Shown here piece after piece: positions 22,762 through 37,234 of a stretch of 64,000 nucleotides of DNA (positions are counted from its first letter, which is position 1; every line of letters starts with the position of its first letter). The translations under genes and the position numbers were made by a program. The notes below the pieces were generated by a model that did no database searches, was not told the origin of the DNA, and worked only from the letters and a program-made list of their open reading frames with translations. Origin of the DNA: Entomortierella parvispora E1425 (taxonomy: Eukaryota; Fungi; Mortierellomycota); the NCBI GenBank assembly GCA_020891255.1, contig BQFW01000002.1, positions 2,232,001 to 2,296,000 on the forward strand, written 5' to 3'.

Positions 22762-24466
22762 ATGGACACTCCAGCCCCAGACGCAAAGGTGGCCCCATGT
22801 ATTTGTGGTTCTGATGACGACATTGGGTTCATGGTAAGGAACTATTAAGCTCCTGCACCGCTCAAGGTCGCACCACTTTGTAACTTTGGACACTCACCAT
22901 CATTTTCACCTAGATCTGCTGCGATGGTTGTGAGTCATGGATGCATGGACCTTGCGTACAGATCACAAGAAAGTTTTCAACTGGGATTGATACGTATTTC
23001 TGCCCGCGCTGTAAGCCCTCCTCCAAAAGTCAAGCAACCATCCGAAACGTTGTCCAGCATTCAAAGCTATTGGATATGAGCGACGAGATCTTGCTCTGGA
23101 TCTTGTCCTTCGTCCGCTGTCAAAGGTCGATCGGTAGAGTATCCAGTACCTGCAGAAAACTTTGGCGCATTGCACAGGATCCGTATTTGGTAAGATATTG
23201 TATTCATTGACAGTTTATCCCACTGTATCAATACACTATTGCTGACTAATGCTGATGTACTAGTGGAAACATGTTACCCTCCTCCACGATGCGTCCCTCC
23301 GGCGACATTGGGCAGCCCTTCAGCCGAGACTCCTTACCTCCAACATTTACTCCTTGAATCTCCAAGGGGAAATAGCGCCGCCAGTCATGATCGATGGTCT
23401 CTCTCTTGAGCGATTTTCAGGCTTGCGAGTTCTCCAACTTCAGGATATTCAGACGTATACTGTGTATCGTCTGGCAAGCAAGTTGCCATGGCTACACGTC
23501 TTTGAAGCACGAAAAATCAAAGGCGGCGGCGAAATTTGGGATTGGAGACCCTTTAAGCGAATGACAAAGCTAGAGGAGCTGCTTCTATGGAGAAATGAAA
23601 CCTTGAATCAGGCCTTCAGTCTGACCATGGACGACGAGTCCTTGATTGAGATTCCAGATGACATCTACCCTGCAGGCGATCAGGGAGGAGGAGGATTCGT
23701 TCAACTTTCAAGCCCCTCCATTACAGATTTGGATGAGGATCTAAACTCTCACGAGGGTCTCTTGGAGGATGATATTCCAGCGACCATGGGCACTCTACCA
23801 CTGCAGGCGCCGTATATATCAGGCTCAGGTTTTCTGCCCAACCTTCGGCGACTAGCCCTCGTCAACATTGTGAGCGCATCAATGGATCGAGGAACAGATT
23901 CAGTCATGAGGATATTGATGCGACGGGTTGAAGCTTTTGTGTACTGGAATAGCTTCAATATCCTTTTCCCGGTCGTGCGGACATCATTCAAGCAGTTGCA
24001 GGATCTGACACTGGTCGAGCCTAGTGAAGCCGCCTGGCGTGACGGCACATGGCAGCAGCATGCAGCAGCCTTTGAGGGAATGAAACAACTCCGAACCATT
24101 ACGATGATCAACAGTCATATATCGAAACGATTTCTTGCACCAATTCTCGACGCGCTCATTTCCCTGAGAAGCTTGAAGGTCATAAGGCTAATATCGACAG
24201 AGGACGATGTGGAGAATGTAGAGGCCATCTTCAGTCATGTCATTCAATCCAGTTGGTCCGGGACACTCGATATCACTATCCAAGACGATCCAAGGGATGG
24301 CTGGGCGGTCTGGTGCGCCGAGGCTAAAAGACGTGCAGATGGAGCGGCAAGTAGGCTAGAGTTGAAGACCAGGTTATTTCAAGCAGAACGAGACGAAGTT
24401 GCAGGTCTAAAAAGGCTCTGTTTGAAGGCATGGCAAGACGTCAAAAGACCGCCCTTTATTGAATAG
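22762..24466 (+). CDS. PHD finger + F-box + LRR-like protein, 3 exons (22762-22833, 22914-23189, 23264-24466), ~516 aa
   Basis: C4HC3 PHD: CICG...FMICCDGCESWMHGPC...YFCPRC. F-box: LLDMSDEILLWILSFV...VSSTCRKLWRIAQDPYLW. LxxLxL repeats follow. Both introns are GT-AG, phase 0. Confidence 0.88.
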
Positions 24467-24660
24467 AAAGAATTCAATGCCACATAGTCTTCGCACTCGC
24501 ACTCGCGCTGAACTCGTTGTGGAGAAATGATATCGCATCAACATGTTGCGTCGTCTAGGAGACGAAGGAGGGAGGGAAGGGGAAGGCCATGACATGGCCC
24601 GAGGACATCCGAGGCCGGTGGATACCGAATGCCGGACTTCACGTGGGGTCACACGGCCCT

Positions 24661-27600
24661 CTAATACTGCGTAAAGCCTTGGGATTGGAAGCCTACGTTG
24701 GGGGTGAATGAGTCCTGACTGAGGTAGTCGTCCTGCTGTGACTTGTAATCATCCAAGTATCCCATACTCTCCTGACTCATCATGGAGCTCATGCTGTGGC
24801 CCTGCTGCTGTGGAGGAAGGTGCTGATGGTGAATACGATCTGACTGCGAGATGCCAATGGATGCCTGGGATGAATACGTGTTCTGCGTCAGGGGCCGAGA
24901 GCTGACACCAGCATAGTGTCCACTACCAGAAGCCCTGCCTTTTCCACGGCTGTTGCCAGCATAGGAGGCCTGAGACAAATCCTGAGTGAAAGGTGCCTGT
25001 GACCCTAACCCAAGCTGGGAGCTGCTGTTGCTATTGTAGCGCGAGGAACTAGTTGAATATTCCTGAGTGAATTGATTGTTGACACGGCGTGCTATAGAGG
25101 AGAGTGATACAATCTCCAGTTAGTTAAAGAAATGGATACGAAAAAAGAGACAAATCTCTAATAACGGACGCATACCAGAACCCGCCAAGGGAGGCCGAGC
25201 AAACATCTCACGGGCGTCAACAGCGTGAGCCTGTCCGTTCAAAAACTTTTCATCTGGGTTATATGCTTTTCTGGGTTTGCTAAACTGGATCATGGATATC
25301 TTGAGATTGTTCAAAGGACCCTCTACAAGGCAGTCATGTTCCTTGTAGTGGACAAGAAGATGATGCCACAGAGGATGCTTTTGGGTAAAAAAAAGAAAAC
25401 AAAAGAAATAAAACAGAAGGGCAAAGTTAGGAGCCGCAGAAACCTTGTGGTGGGTAAAGTATCAGTGCAACCTACCTTGCTCAAAACCTTGGGATTGCCA
25501 AGAATAACCAATCCGTACTTGGCACGCGTCAGTGCAACGTTCAATCTGCGCGGATCGTTCAAGAAACCAATGCCTTGATGCTCGTTACTTCGCACGCAGC
25601 TGACAATGATGTAGTCTTTCTCGCGCCCCTGGAAGGCATCGACACTGGCTACCTCAATCTCTTTGTAGAGCTCTTTGCGCATCGATCCGTTAAAGCCCAT
25701 GTAGTTGACCAAGTACGATCGTTGACCCTCATAAGGCGTAATGATACCAATCTGGGAGGGTAAAATGCCAGATTTCAAGAACTTTGTCACCACCTTTTCA
25801 CAGTTCGACGCCTCTGTGCGGTTCAAGTAAGATGTACCAGAAGTCGAGATTTCTTCTTGGCCCAAGCACGAGTAAAAGAACATGGGGGTTTCAGCAACAG
25901 GCCAAGGAAAGTCCACGTGTTTCCTGAGTCGCTCTGCAGTTGTAACACCATTCTGGAGAGAACCCTCGTAAAACATGTTGCTGGGATACTCGGAAAGGCA
26001 AGGATGCATACGGTACTGGACTTGCAGACGAATGGGATGTAATCCAAGAATAATCAGACGCTCAAAGAGTGATTGGCAAAGACCAGCTCTCGCAGCCTTT
26101 TTGTTCATAATCACAGGGCCAAGCTGTTGGTGATCACCGACGAGAACGGCTTGTTTGGCGCCCAATACCAAGGGAATCATGCACTCTGGCTCGGTGGCTT
26201 GAGTAGCCTCATCGATCAGCACAGTTCTGAACTTCAGTTTCGAGAGGCGAGGGTCTCCAGCACCAACACAAGTACACAGAATGACATCTGCGTTCTAAGT
26301 TTGTTAAAATGAGAGCGCCGATCAATATCGTTGAAATTACATAGAGGATGGGTGCCCTGAACTTCCGTGTGTCACTTACGGTCAAAATCTCGCGTTCGCA
26401 CTGTTTTTTCAACGACTTGTACTTTTTTTCATCCTGGCTACTCAGTTCGCCCTGCTCATTCTTCAGCTGAATGAGCTTTTGCAGTTCCGGATTAGTGTCA
26501 TTGTTGATGACCTGCTCGTGAAGTGTAAGTGCCTTGACGGGGGAATCCAATGCCTCCCTGGATTTCGCCGTCATTCGTACAACCTTGAGCCGAGTGGCGT
26601 TGATTTTCTCTGTCAACTGGTCGACCGCAACATTACTTGGCGCACAAACCAAGACTTGGCCCATGTTCATCTTGGCAAGGTGGTACACCAAGGAAGCCGA
26701 AGTCACTGTCTTTCCTGTTCCGGGAGGACCCTGAATCAAACTCAGTGGTTTCTGGAGCACGCTCTTAACAGCAAAGACTTGCGAATGGTTGAGCTCAGGC
26801 AAGTTGGGAGCCGAGAATCGCTTGGGCATCTGAGTCTTCAAAATCTGAGATTCGATCTCGTGTCCGAGTAAACGATGGTAAATATAGCCGCTCACTGAAG
26901 ACTCGTCCACGGCAAAGGTTTTCATCGCCAGCTGCATCCGGTCAAAACTGGTTGATTTCCAAACAAAGTCAATTGAAAAGTTGTGATTGATTTCGACGGG
27001 GGTGTCATCGCTTCTTCGCAATTCCAATCCAACGTCATCGCTAACATCTAATCGCAGGACGGATAGTCAGTTCCAGCATTGCCTTATCCAAAAACAAGTA
27101 CCGATGATCTATCACTTACTGTTGGGCAGTTTGATGACATGGCCTGTGCATTCCCAAGGTTTGCGCAGCTCGCCGTTGTATCGAATGCGAAGCTCGTCTC
27201 CAACGGCCAAACGCAGCTCCTCAAGTTTTGCAAACGCAAACCAAGCAACGCGTTTCTGATTCAGACCCATGTCCCACGTCACACTGATGCCATCCTGAGT
27301 CTGGGATTCCTTAAGACGTTTATCATAGTCGGCCTCCATCTTCACAAGCGGCCCAAAGATATTTTGATACTGATAGGCATCCTCGTATCTAAAAGTTGAG
27401 GCAGGGGTCAGTTGCACGAACACTAGTCTCATTAGAAAGACCTTACATGCCATACCTAGTCAAAACAGACTGAGGCTCATCGTCTGCGCCTGGTCTCTCA
27501 AGATCTTCCAAAGTAGCATTGGCATTCTCTCTCCACAAATCCTCTAGCTTAGTGATTTGCATAGCTGTGATCTGTCGCGCACGAAGCTGCTCCTGCTCTG

Positions 27601-28532
27601 GGGGTATTTTTACCAGCCATGGGAGGAAGCAGCGATCGTCAATCAGTGGAAGCCATTGCGAGGTGTCCCAATTCATATCCTTGCTACTGGGCATAGAGGC
27701 ACAGGGTTGACTAGAGAGTCCAAGAGAAAGCATTTAGATGAGTGGGCCTTGAAGGATACTAACAGACAGACCAAGAAGAAGGTGACGTACCGACAAAGGA
27801 GTACCACAACAGTGTCACTTTTTGCAGGGATGAATCCAAGTAGAAACACGTTTTTGCATCCGCAGTTGTAACATTCGAGCGTAGTCTCGCCCAGAGGAGA
27901 GAGTGCGTGCAAGACAACCTCCTTGTGCTTTGCACGGACAAGATGGTTGATGATGTGTGATCCCGAGGTGTTGCCTCTAGAGTTGCAAAACCACTTCTTG
28001 CATGTCTCGCACTTGACAACCGAGGCTGGCGAGTGAATACCACAGTACCTGGACAAAGAGCAAAGGATCAAAACATTAGCAGGGTGTCGTTCAAAGAGGA
28101 GCCAAGGCAGCAGAAGGGTACAACACATGCCAAGGAAGAAGTCAGGGTGACATACTTGCAGGCATGGGCAGGCAGTTCTGTCAATGCTAGGGGCTGATCA
28201 TTCAGATCCTGCTCATCGGCATCTTCAAAGCCGCGCTGGTCTCCATTGCTATTGCCAGAGGAATGCTTGTGATGCTGATGTTGTTGCTGGTTGTACGGAT
28301 CCACGTCAGATTGCGAATGGGGCTCACCCATCGAGTCGGGATTATGCAGGGACAGGTCCATAAAGTTCAGATCGTCGACCTGGCCGCCCAGATGCTGGCT
28401 CCCTTGCTGGGAGGAGAAGTCGTTGTAGTCGTACTGGGAGTGCTGAGTGCCGGGCTCGAACTCGAGATAGCCAAAGTCGGCGCCATCGTCGTCGTCGCCG
28501 CCCTGCGACATGGCATAGTCAGGGTAGGCCAT
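24661..28532 (-). CDS. UPF1: Nonsense-mediated decay helicase Upf1, multi-exon
   Basis: CH domain ([26 protein letters not shown]), Walker [42 protein letters not shown] and [10 protein letters not shown]. Confidence 0.98.
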
Positions 28533-28743
28533 GATGAGGGGTGATGAATGGGTGCGGGGTGTCGTTGTTCGAGGGTGGGGCATGGACAAAGAAGCAAAGC
28601 AAGGGACTTTCTGTAGGAAAGATGGAGGCTCTGTGACTGCGCCTTGGTGCCAAAGTGCCTGCGGATCACACCCTTCTCATTCATTGGGTCGAATCTCGTC
28701 TTGCTTGACTCATTCCTTGCTGCTGCGATCACCGTCGTCCGTA

Positions 28744-30863
28744 ATGTTCAAGAAGCCCCTCGCCTCCCTCAAGTCGTTCTCGCCCCTGCGGTCGAGCGAC
28801 AAGCGTCGTTTGCGCGACGAGATCCTCGCCAGCTTCCCAGCCCTCAAGGACATGGAAAACGTGGTGCCTGAAAACACCACTGTCAGCGCTATCATCGCCC
28901 CAGATGGCCTCCAGTCTGCCCGCTTTACCTCCTACATCGAAGAGCCAGGGACCCTTTATACTGATGCCGAGGGCACACCCCTCTGGTTCAAAATCAGCCA
29001 TAGCAAGAAAGACTCTTTGATTGTGCCATCAATTTACATGCTCTGGAAGTTTCCGACCTTGATCCCAACCCTTACCACCTGGAACCCCGTTGTGGACAAG
29101 CTCCGGAATGGCGCGGACCTCATGATCCCAGGAGTCATTACCTCCTCCGGAACGTCAATCCCTGATTTGGAAGAAGGGTCTTTGGTGGCTATCTGCGCAC
29201 GAGGCAACCAGTATGCCCTAGCAATCGGAACAATGGCAGTATCTGGGAAGGTGATAGAGTCATCAAGAGGCAGCATGCCACCCAAGGGCAAGGCCGTTCA
29301 TCTGCTACACGTTCATCTGGATCAGCTTTGGGCCATGGGCTCTAAGATTGATTTCCCCTCGGATTGGGCTCAGGGTCAAGATGGCGCCCATTCAACTCTG
29401 GATGACTATGAAACATCAGATGATGACTCGGATGACGAAATTCTGGAGAAGGCGATCCCAGACACACTCAGAGAGGACTCTGAGATGTCTAAGAACCTGA
29501 AAGGAATCTCCCTTGCGGACTCTTCAGACGACCAACAGTCAGCGCGGAAGGTTCGTTTTGAGTCAACTCTTGAGTCCACAGAGTCGACAGAGGCCGGGAC
29601 CACCGTGGAGTTAACTACCGAGGAAGTAGATCAGTTTCTTCATGAAGCCCTGCTCCAGGTTTTAAAACACAAAATCTCGGAGGGGAATGCGAAGGAGCTG
29701 CTTCCTATGAACGCTTCCACCCTGTACTCGTCGTATGTGCTACCAAACCGAGCTCGAGGTCGCGCCGCCGAAGCTGACATCAAAAAGTCAAGCTGGAAGA
29801 AGCTTGCAAAGTGGCTAAAGGCATCGGAGAAGCAGGGCTTGATCAAATGCAAAGAGATCAAGGGAGAGCTCTTTTTACTGAGCATTAGCTGGAATCATCC
29901 GCAGTAAGTCCGTGTTACAAACTGCTTCACCTCTTTCTCAGTTGATTGAATTTGCAGCTCTGACTTACATCTATAATTCTAACCTTGTAGATTGAAAGCA
30001 TTTGGCGGACACAAAACCGTAGAGCAGCTGGCGGCGCAACAGGCAAAACTTGAAGCTCAAACATCCCGGGCCAATTCCGATGCCACGGAGCTGGAAGTAC
30101 TTGAAGTCTTTAGGCCCAGCAGCACATCTGGAGACTTTTTTGAAATCATTGGGCAATCGAAAGATGGGTACTACACGCGATCTGAAGTTAGATCGCTTCT
30201 CACCACTTATATCAAGGACAACCAGCTCTCCGACCCAAAAAATCAAAGAATGATCCGAGTGAATGAGGTTCTTCAACTCGCACTCTTCAAGAAAGGAGAG
30301 TCGTTAGATCGCGTCCCAAGGGACGGGATTAGCGACAGGTAATGTCATTCCTCCTGATTAATACACCTAATGACTCTTGTTGAATTTATTATTCAAATCC
30401 TATTATTGACGAGTGTTTTATTTTTCTTATACATAGACTTATGAGCAACATGGTTCTCTATCATCACATTGGGTACAAGGGCCAGGAGCCTCGGTATCTC
30501 AAGGGTGGCGTGAGGCCTATCCTTGTTACTCAGGAGATCAGAACTGGGCGCAAGACTGTTACGAAAGTTTCAGGACTGGAGTCATTTTTAATTGACGTGG
30601 ATGCATTTGCACAGGAAATTCAAGTACTCTGTGCCAGCAGTGTAGCCGGTGGGTGTTTGCACTTTTCTGCCTTATGGTTATAACCTTTCCTGTGTTCTAA
30701 ATTCGTGTTTCTAGTCACACCGCTTGTAGGTGCGTCTCCCAAGCTCAACCTTAGAGAAGTCATGGCTCAAGGCCCTCAATTCAAAAACATCTCGGCCGTG
30801 CTCCAAGAAAAAGGTGTCCCCAAGAAATATATCGAGTTTTTTGACAAGACCAAGAAGAAGTAG
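28744..30863 (+). CDS. EIF2D/TMA64: Translation initiation/recycling factor eIF2D (ligatin/Tma64), 4 exons
   Basis: MFKKP....S...LRSSDKRRL, PUA domain GADLMIPG, SWIB-like domain, and C-terminal SUI1 GRKTVTKVSGLE.F.ID...VMAQG. Confidence 0.93.
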
Positions 30864-30957
30864 ATGGATGGCAAATAAATTATGCGTTGTATACTTTGTA
30901 CATAATCCTGTTGAAACTTGATCTATGCGAGCCATGGCGCGACTTTTTAATGATGCT

Positions 30958-31514
30958 CTATGCAGTTTCGGACAAGTGGATAAGGACCTTTTCCAAATCA
31001 AAGTCGGGGCTCTCAGGATCAGTGACAACGCCTAAAACACCAATAAAGCAAAGGTAAGTAATAATGATCCATTTAGCCAGAATAGTAAAAGCGGCCCTTG
31101 TAAGCATCGATTTGGACGCGACATCAGTCATTTTGTTACCTCCGGTTGGGGTATTCATCCTGACCCACTCGGCCTTGGCCTGAGAAATCAGACGATCACG
31201 GTTTTCGATCTTGACTTTCTCGACCTTGTTGTGCTCCAAGGCAGTCAAAGTGTTATGGTGGACATAGCCGTAGACGAGGCCAGTTGCCAAAGCAGACCAG
31301 CGAGCAACCTACAATCGACCAGAAGAAAATGGAGTTAAGATCTTTCTCACATGCTTTCTTTGTGTGAATAAACCAGGTTCAGTAGTGACCAAAGTTAGGG
31401 GGGGAGGGGGGAGGGACATAACAAAGAGGATCGGCCAGCCACCAATCACCACTTGCTTTTTGTCAGTGCTCGACTTCCGAACTCAAACATATCGCGACGC
31501 ACAGGGGATGGCAT
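30958..31514 (-). CDS. ATP21/TIM11: Mitochondrial ATP synthase subunit e; first exon uncertain
   Basis: VARWSALATGLVYGY (GxxxG), LISQAKAEW and C-terminal VVTDPESPDFDLEKVL. Intron at 31032-31139. A tiny first exon MPSP at 31514 is only a best guess. Confidence 0.85.
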
Positions 31515-31946
31515 ATAATTTTGCAATGAGCTTCAATTGTTCAATACAATTCACTAATCGTCGACATCCATGGCGTGTTGCGATAGAAAGAGATACTAGG
31601 GGAGACTCTCTACATACGTTTCTGATCGGGCTGATGACAGGGGTCGACATTTTCTTTTTTTTTGGGAAAGGGTTGCAACACATGCGAATGCAACGATGCG
31701 GGTTCAAGTTGCAAGTAAGGTGGCTTAGCCGTCACGTGTAGACGCGATGCGCTCCAGCCTCCAGGAAAAAAAAAGACACTTCTGTTCGCAACAAGCCCGT
31801 CTGGCGAGCATCCATCCATTCATCCCCGCATCCCACATGGCCGCCATCTCGTCTGTCTGTCCTCTACTCCTACCGCATTTCTAAAAAAAAAGAAAAAAAA
31901 ACGGCCGAAAAGAAATTTATTTAATTCTTTCGTATCTAACGCATTC

Positions 31947-34900
31947 ATGGCAGAGACTCCATTTCGACCCCTCAATGTCATTGCTGGGGCCGATCCCACA
32001 CTCCCGTTGACAGCTGTTAATTTCGATCCGCATCAGGAGCTTCTCTGGACTGCAAATGATAGTGTAATGCCCTTGTCCATTTGTCTAAACGCGTTCTGAT
32101 CTCCACAGCAAGATATGACCTCCTAAAAAAACAAGCGCTGTTTTCATTTATAGGGCTACATTTCATCCTACTATGGTGCGGGACTCCAGCGATACTCGAG
32201 CTACAAAGCCCACAAGGGCCCTGTTCGCCAAATGATGGTACTTGACCGTGGAATTGTATCGATCGCCAAGGACAGCATCCATCTGTCCCATCGACGGGGT
32301 CTTGCCAGCTGGCATCTCACGTAAGTGTTGGGAACAAATATTTACAGTTCAATTCGACAAGAGTGCATTCAAAAGCTTCAAACTAATACCAATCGTCCAT
32401 ATCCCATATTTCAGTGATGACAGTGCTCAAGATCTTCATTCAATGGCCCTAATGGGCAATGCCGAGGTTGTTGTTGCAGGACAGCAGGACAAGATACTTT
32501 CCATCAACATCATTCGTGGCTCAGTCATGAAAAAGGTATTAGTGAATCACTGGTTTATGCATTAAACAGGCCGATCCTACATGTTACTAACCGTACAGGA
32601 TATTGTTCTGGATCGGTCGAAATTTGCTAGGTGGATACAGATGCCGAGATTGTAGTCATGAAGAAATCACGTCTCCTTGTCTGTGGGTCAACTCGAGGAG
32701 ACCTGATCTTGCATGATCCTCGAACCTTGGTAGTGGAGCATCGCATTCAAGCACACACAGGAACCATCTCGGACTTGGACGTCTCTGGAAACCTCATTGT
32801 TACATGTGGATTCTCTGAAAGGCAAGGCAGCTTGATCATCGACCCCTTGGTGAAGGTTTACGATATGCGCACGATGCGCTCACTAGCACCGATCCCTTTC
32901 CCAAACGGCCCATCATTCCTCAAAATGCATCCAAAGCTCTCGACGACTGTTTGTATCGCCTCACAGACTGGACAATTTCAGATGTGCGATGTTGGAAATC
33001 TCACCAGCGGAATTCAGTTTTATCAGGTATTTGGACACCCCTGGTGGTTTCAAAAATCTTTCTCTGTGCATCATGGAAATTCTTCTTAACCTATCACACG
33101 TAAACATAACTAGATCAATACCTCAAGCTACTTGAACTGTTTTGATGTCTCTTTCAGTGGCGAGATGGTGGCATTGGGCGATGCAAGTAATGTCGTCCAT
33201 GTTTGGGGCGACAAACAGGAGCCTCAGATGAACCACTTCTCGAACCCAATCGATGCTCCTACTATGCCAATGCCGCCTACAGTTGTGGTGGGTGACAGTG
33301 ATCCGCTTTCGTCCATCGGCATGCCCTATTACAGCGAACAATTGCTCTCATCGTGGCCTGCCAAAACAATCTTCCCGGTGGGACGCAAACCTCAAGCTAT
33401 CCCACCTGTTATTCTTGACAATATGAAGATGATTGACTTTGTCGGCTATGCCCCTAATCCTGGACTGCGCCTTCGCAATCAAGCCCCATCTCTTCCAAGA
33501 GTCAACCTTCGCGATACCCCAAAATTCCGAAGCGAGCAGCAAAAGGAACTTTATTTTGGCAAGAGGAAAGGGTCAACAGCTGTGACATTTGATCAAGATA
33601 ATGAGCCAGAAGTCGATTTAGCGACGGGTGAATTGCCCAAGTATTACAAACGCGTGGAAATCAAGTACAGCAAGTTTGGAGTCGAAGACTTTGATTTTGG
33701 GTAAGTGGTGTACTGCGGCAGACGATGCGCTTTGATGGTCATGATGACTGTTGGTAGGGCCAAGATTTAACGACATGATATCGCTCTAATATAGGTTTTA
33801 CAACAAAACTCAATTTGGAGGTCTGGAGACACATATCGCCAATTCGTACTGCAATTCTCTTCTTCAGGTCTTGTTCTTTACCCCTCTTCTCAGAACTCTT
33901 GCGAAGGCTCATATTGGACAGGCATGCCCGCGAGAAAACTGCCTGACTTGTGAGCTTGGATTTTTATTCCGAATGTTGGAAGATGCAAATGGACAAAATT
34001 GCCAAGCAAGGAATTTCCTGCGAGCGTTCAGTACAATTCCACAGGGTATGCAGATCTGGCCATGTTGATTTGACTATTGACTATTATTCCCAGAATCGAT
34101 ATTTCTGACAAATCTGCTTGCTGACTGTCTAGCCTCCGCGTTGGGTCTTTTCGAGCCAGACGAACCAGACGCGAAAACCATGTACACTTCCTTGATACAA
34201 AACTTCAATCGGTTTGTACTTGAGCAGCTACACCAGGAATGCAGTATGGACAAGATGCCGGCGACTCCCACGAGTATCGGTCTGAACACCCCTTCCAGTA
34301 CACCCTCTCCTATCCAGCAGATATTTGGCATGAAAACGGCCAGCACCAATATCTGTGGACACTGTGGAATGGAGGAAGAGAGGATCACCTATCCTTTTGT
34401 ACTGGACCTACAGTGGCCCAAACCAACCACAACTGCAAATGCGCACCAGTCCTCGAAGAATCATCACCACTCTCATGCAAAAAGTCAACAACAGCCTTTG
34501 TCCTTTGCTGAAATTTTGCAGACCTCAGTTAGTCGAGAATCACACAACAGAGTTTGGTGCACCCAATGTCAGCAGTATCAGCCTACTACAAGTCGGAAGA
34601 CCCTGCAGGATCTCCCGCTGGTGCTCAGTATTAATACTGCGGTGAGCTCAAAAGACGTGAACACTCCAGCCATGTCGGGCATGTTCTTGGATGATAGTGG
34701 AAAAGGCTCCGATTGGCTTCCACTCCGGTAAGAAACGTGACAAACTTACACCATTCATCAGACATAACTATATTTACATGTTCCGATGCTTTACGTTTTT
34801 CTCTAGTTTCACTCTTGGCGTTGATGACAAGCATGTTCAGGTGCTGGAGGGAGGACGCGCTTCCAATCCGGCCTTCGCGCTTAGCGCTGATTATGAACTG

Positions 34901-37186
34901 ACAGTAAGGGCTTTTAAAAACCAGTGTTCCCTTAGGTAACTTCATGCTATACAAGAACTGATCTGATTGAAACAACAATTTCGTTTTAACCATGTAGGCG
35001 GTTGTCAGCCAAGTGCAAATGGCGGGTGAAGTGGCCCACCTGGTCTCCCATATCAAAGGTACTTTTTTGTGATCGTTCGCTCACTCGAAATGTTACTTGG
35101 CATTCATACTTTTTTTTATTTATGACCGGATAGTCATTTCGGATAATGATCCAGAGATTTCAGAGCAGTCTCCATGGTACATTTTCAACGACTTTTTAGT
35201 CAAGAATGTGCAAGAGGGAGAAGTCTCCCAATTCCCTAGCAGCTGGAAGGTAATGACACCTCTCTACTGATCAGATTTAAGGGAAGATTTTCCTCCCTTT
35301 TTTTGTTTTAGGCCGACACTTACGATGAATAATCTCTACAAATCTAGCTACCCTCCATTCTTTACTACACGAAGATCAACCATGGACCCCCTCCAATGAT
35401 TACTCAACCTCCAGTTAACTCCGACACGAGTATTCTTCATGTTGACCTGTCAATCTCAAAGTACGTAGCATAACTTGACCTATGATTTTCCACTGCCGAA
35501 ACTGAGCTTTAATCGTATGAATACGTCACTAGATATCGGGATCCTAAGTATGTATTTTACCAGCTTTTGCGGCCTGAAGAAATCAAACAGGACGAAAAAA
35601 TGTTGATCGCTATCGATACGGAGTTTGTCGCGCTCAGTAGGGTAAGTATCGACAACGACAAAGTAGCACACTCTTAAAATCTATGGCACCTGGATTGTTT
35701 GAGTGATTTACATATATCTTTGCCTTGTGATTTATAGGAGGAAACCGAGATCAGAAGCGATGGAACAAGGTCACTCCTGCGTCCTTCAAGAATGAGTCTT
35801 GCCCGTGTGTCGGTTCTGCGAGGCAATGAAGGTCCATTGGAATACGTTCCTTTCATTGACGACTACATTGCCACTTCTGAGCCTGTGGTGGACTACCTAA
35901 CAGAATTTTCAGGAATTCAACGTAAGGTTATCAACAGCAGAGCCTTTGGGAAAAAAACAAACATTGATACATGTAATTAACATCTTGACTTGTATAACAT
36001 GATAGCTGGAGATCTAGACCCTGGCCTATCCAAGCATACGCTTGTGCCTCTCAAGGTCGCATACAAGCGCCTCCGTGTTTTGGTTGATATGGGGTGCATC
36101 TTTGTCGGCCATGGCCTTCGCCAAGACTTCCGAATTATCAGTATGATCACGTTGTTAATTACAGAATTGCTGTGAGACTTTGAGTACTGCCCAATGCTCA
36201 TGCCTAATTTTATTACGCACTTCTTTGTAGACATTTTGGTTCCGCCAGAGCAAGTCAAAGATACGGTCGACATTTTCCATATCAAGAACCGCCAGAGGTA
36301 AACCAATGAAATAACATTGACCATGCAATATCACGGCAATAGTCTAAACTCGTACATTTTTTTCCTATTGAACTATAGAAAAATTTCTCTTCGGTTCTTG
36401 GTTTGGTATCTTCTGCACCAGGATATTCAATCGGAGACACACAATTCGATCGAGGATGCTCGAACAGCGCTAGCATTGTACAAAAAATATCTGGAATTAA
36501 GTGCCATCGGGATATTCCAGGAAGTGCTCGAAGATATCTACAACGAAGGTCGAAAGAACAACTGGAAGCCAGTCCCTGGCCAGTTCCCTTTACCATGGCC
36601 TAGAAATGCGCCCGTCGGTCAAAGCACTGGAGCAAAGGCAGGGACTGGGACTCCAGTTGGAGGCTTATCCTCTAGTCAGGCAATGTTTCAAGACCAGTCT
36701 CGGCCTGCGACACCCTCAACTCCAGGAACTCCACTGAGCAATACTGGGGCATCACGCGATGCAACAGCTCCTGGAGCTTCTGAGGTGTCAGTGTTGAATG
36801 CCGCTGCTGCAGTGAATGCAGTATCTGGATCCACTCAGCTTGGGCTGAATTCGTTATCTCAGCAACAGCAACAGCAACAACAGCAGCAGCAGCAGCAGCA
36901 GTTACATCTTCAACACCAGCACCTTCAGTTCCAACAGCAACAACATCAAATGCTTCAGCAGCAACATTTGCACCATCAGCAACAGCAGCAGCTCTATCTT
37001 CAACATCAACAGCAACAAGCGCCACCTGGTCATGGTTTTACGTTTCCATTGAATAATCAGCCTGCCCACCCTCATTTCTACCCACCACCACATATCCTTC
37101 AGCAGCAACAGCAGGCACAACAACAACAACAACAGCAGCAGCAGCAGCAACAACAACATCACCATCGTCCCTATCCCCCACAGTGA
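31947..37186 (+). CDS. PAN2: Poly(A) nuclease catalytic subunit Pan2 (WD40 + inactive UCH + DEDD nuclease) with poly-Q tail, ~16 exons
   Basis: [87 protein letters not shown] and [12 protein letters not shown]. All junctions reconstruct in frame. Confidence 0.97.
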
Positions 37187-37234
37187 AACGGATAGAACGA
37201 TCATGAAAAAATAGACAATAAACCTTTATTCACG

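Noticed and set aside
23958-23966. ATATCCTTT resembling a U12 AT-AC donor
   Set aside because: It lies within an uninterrupted reading frame, with no matching U12 branch site or AC acceptor seen.
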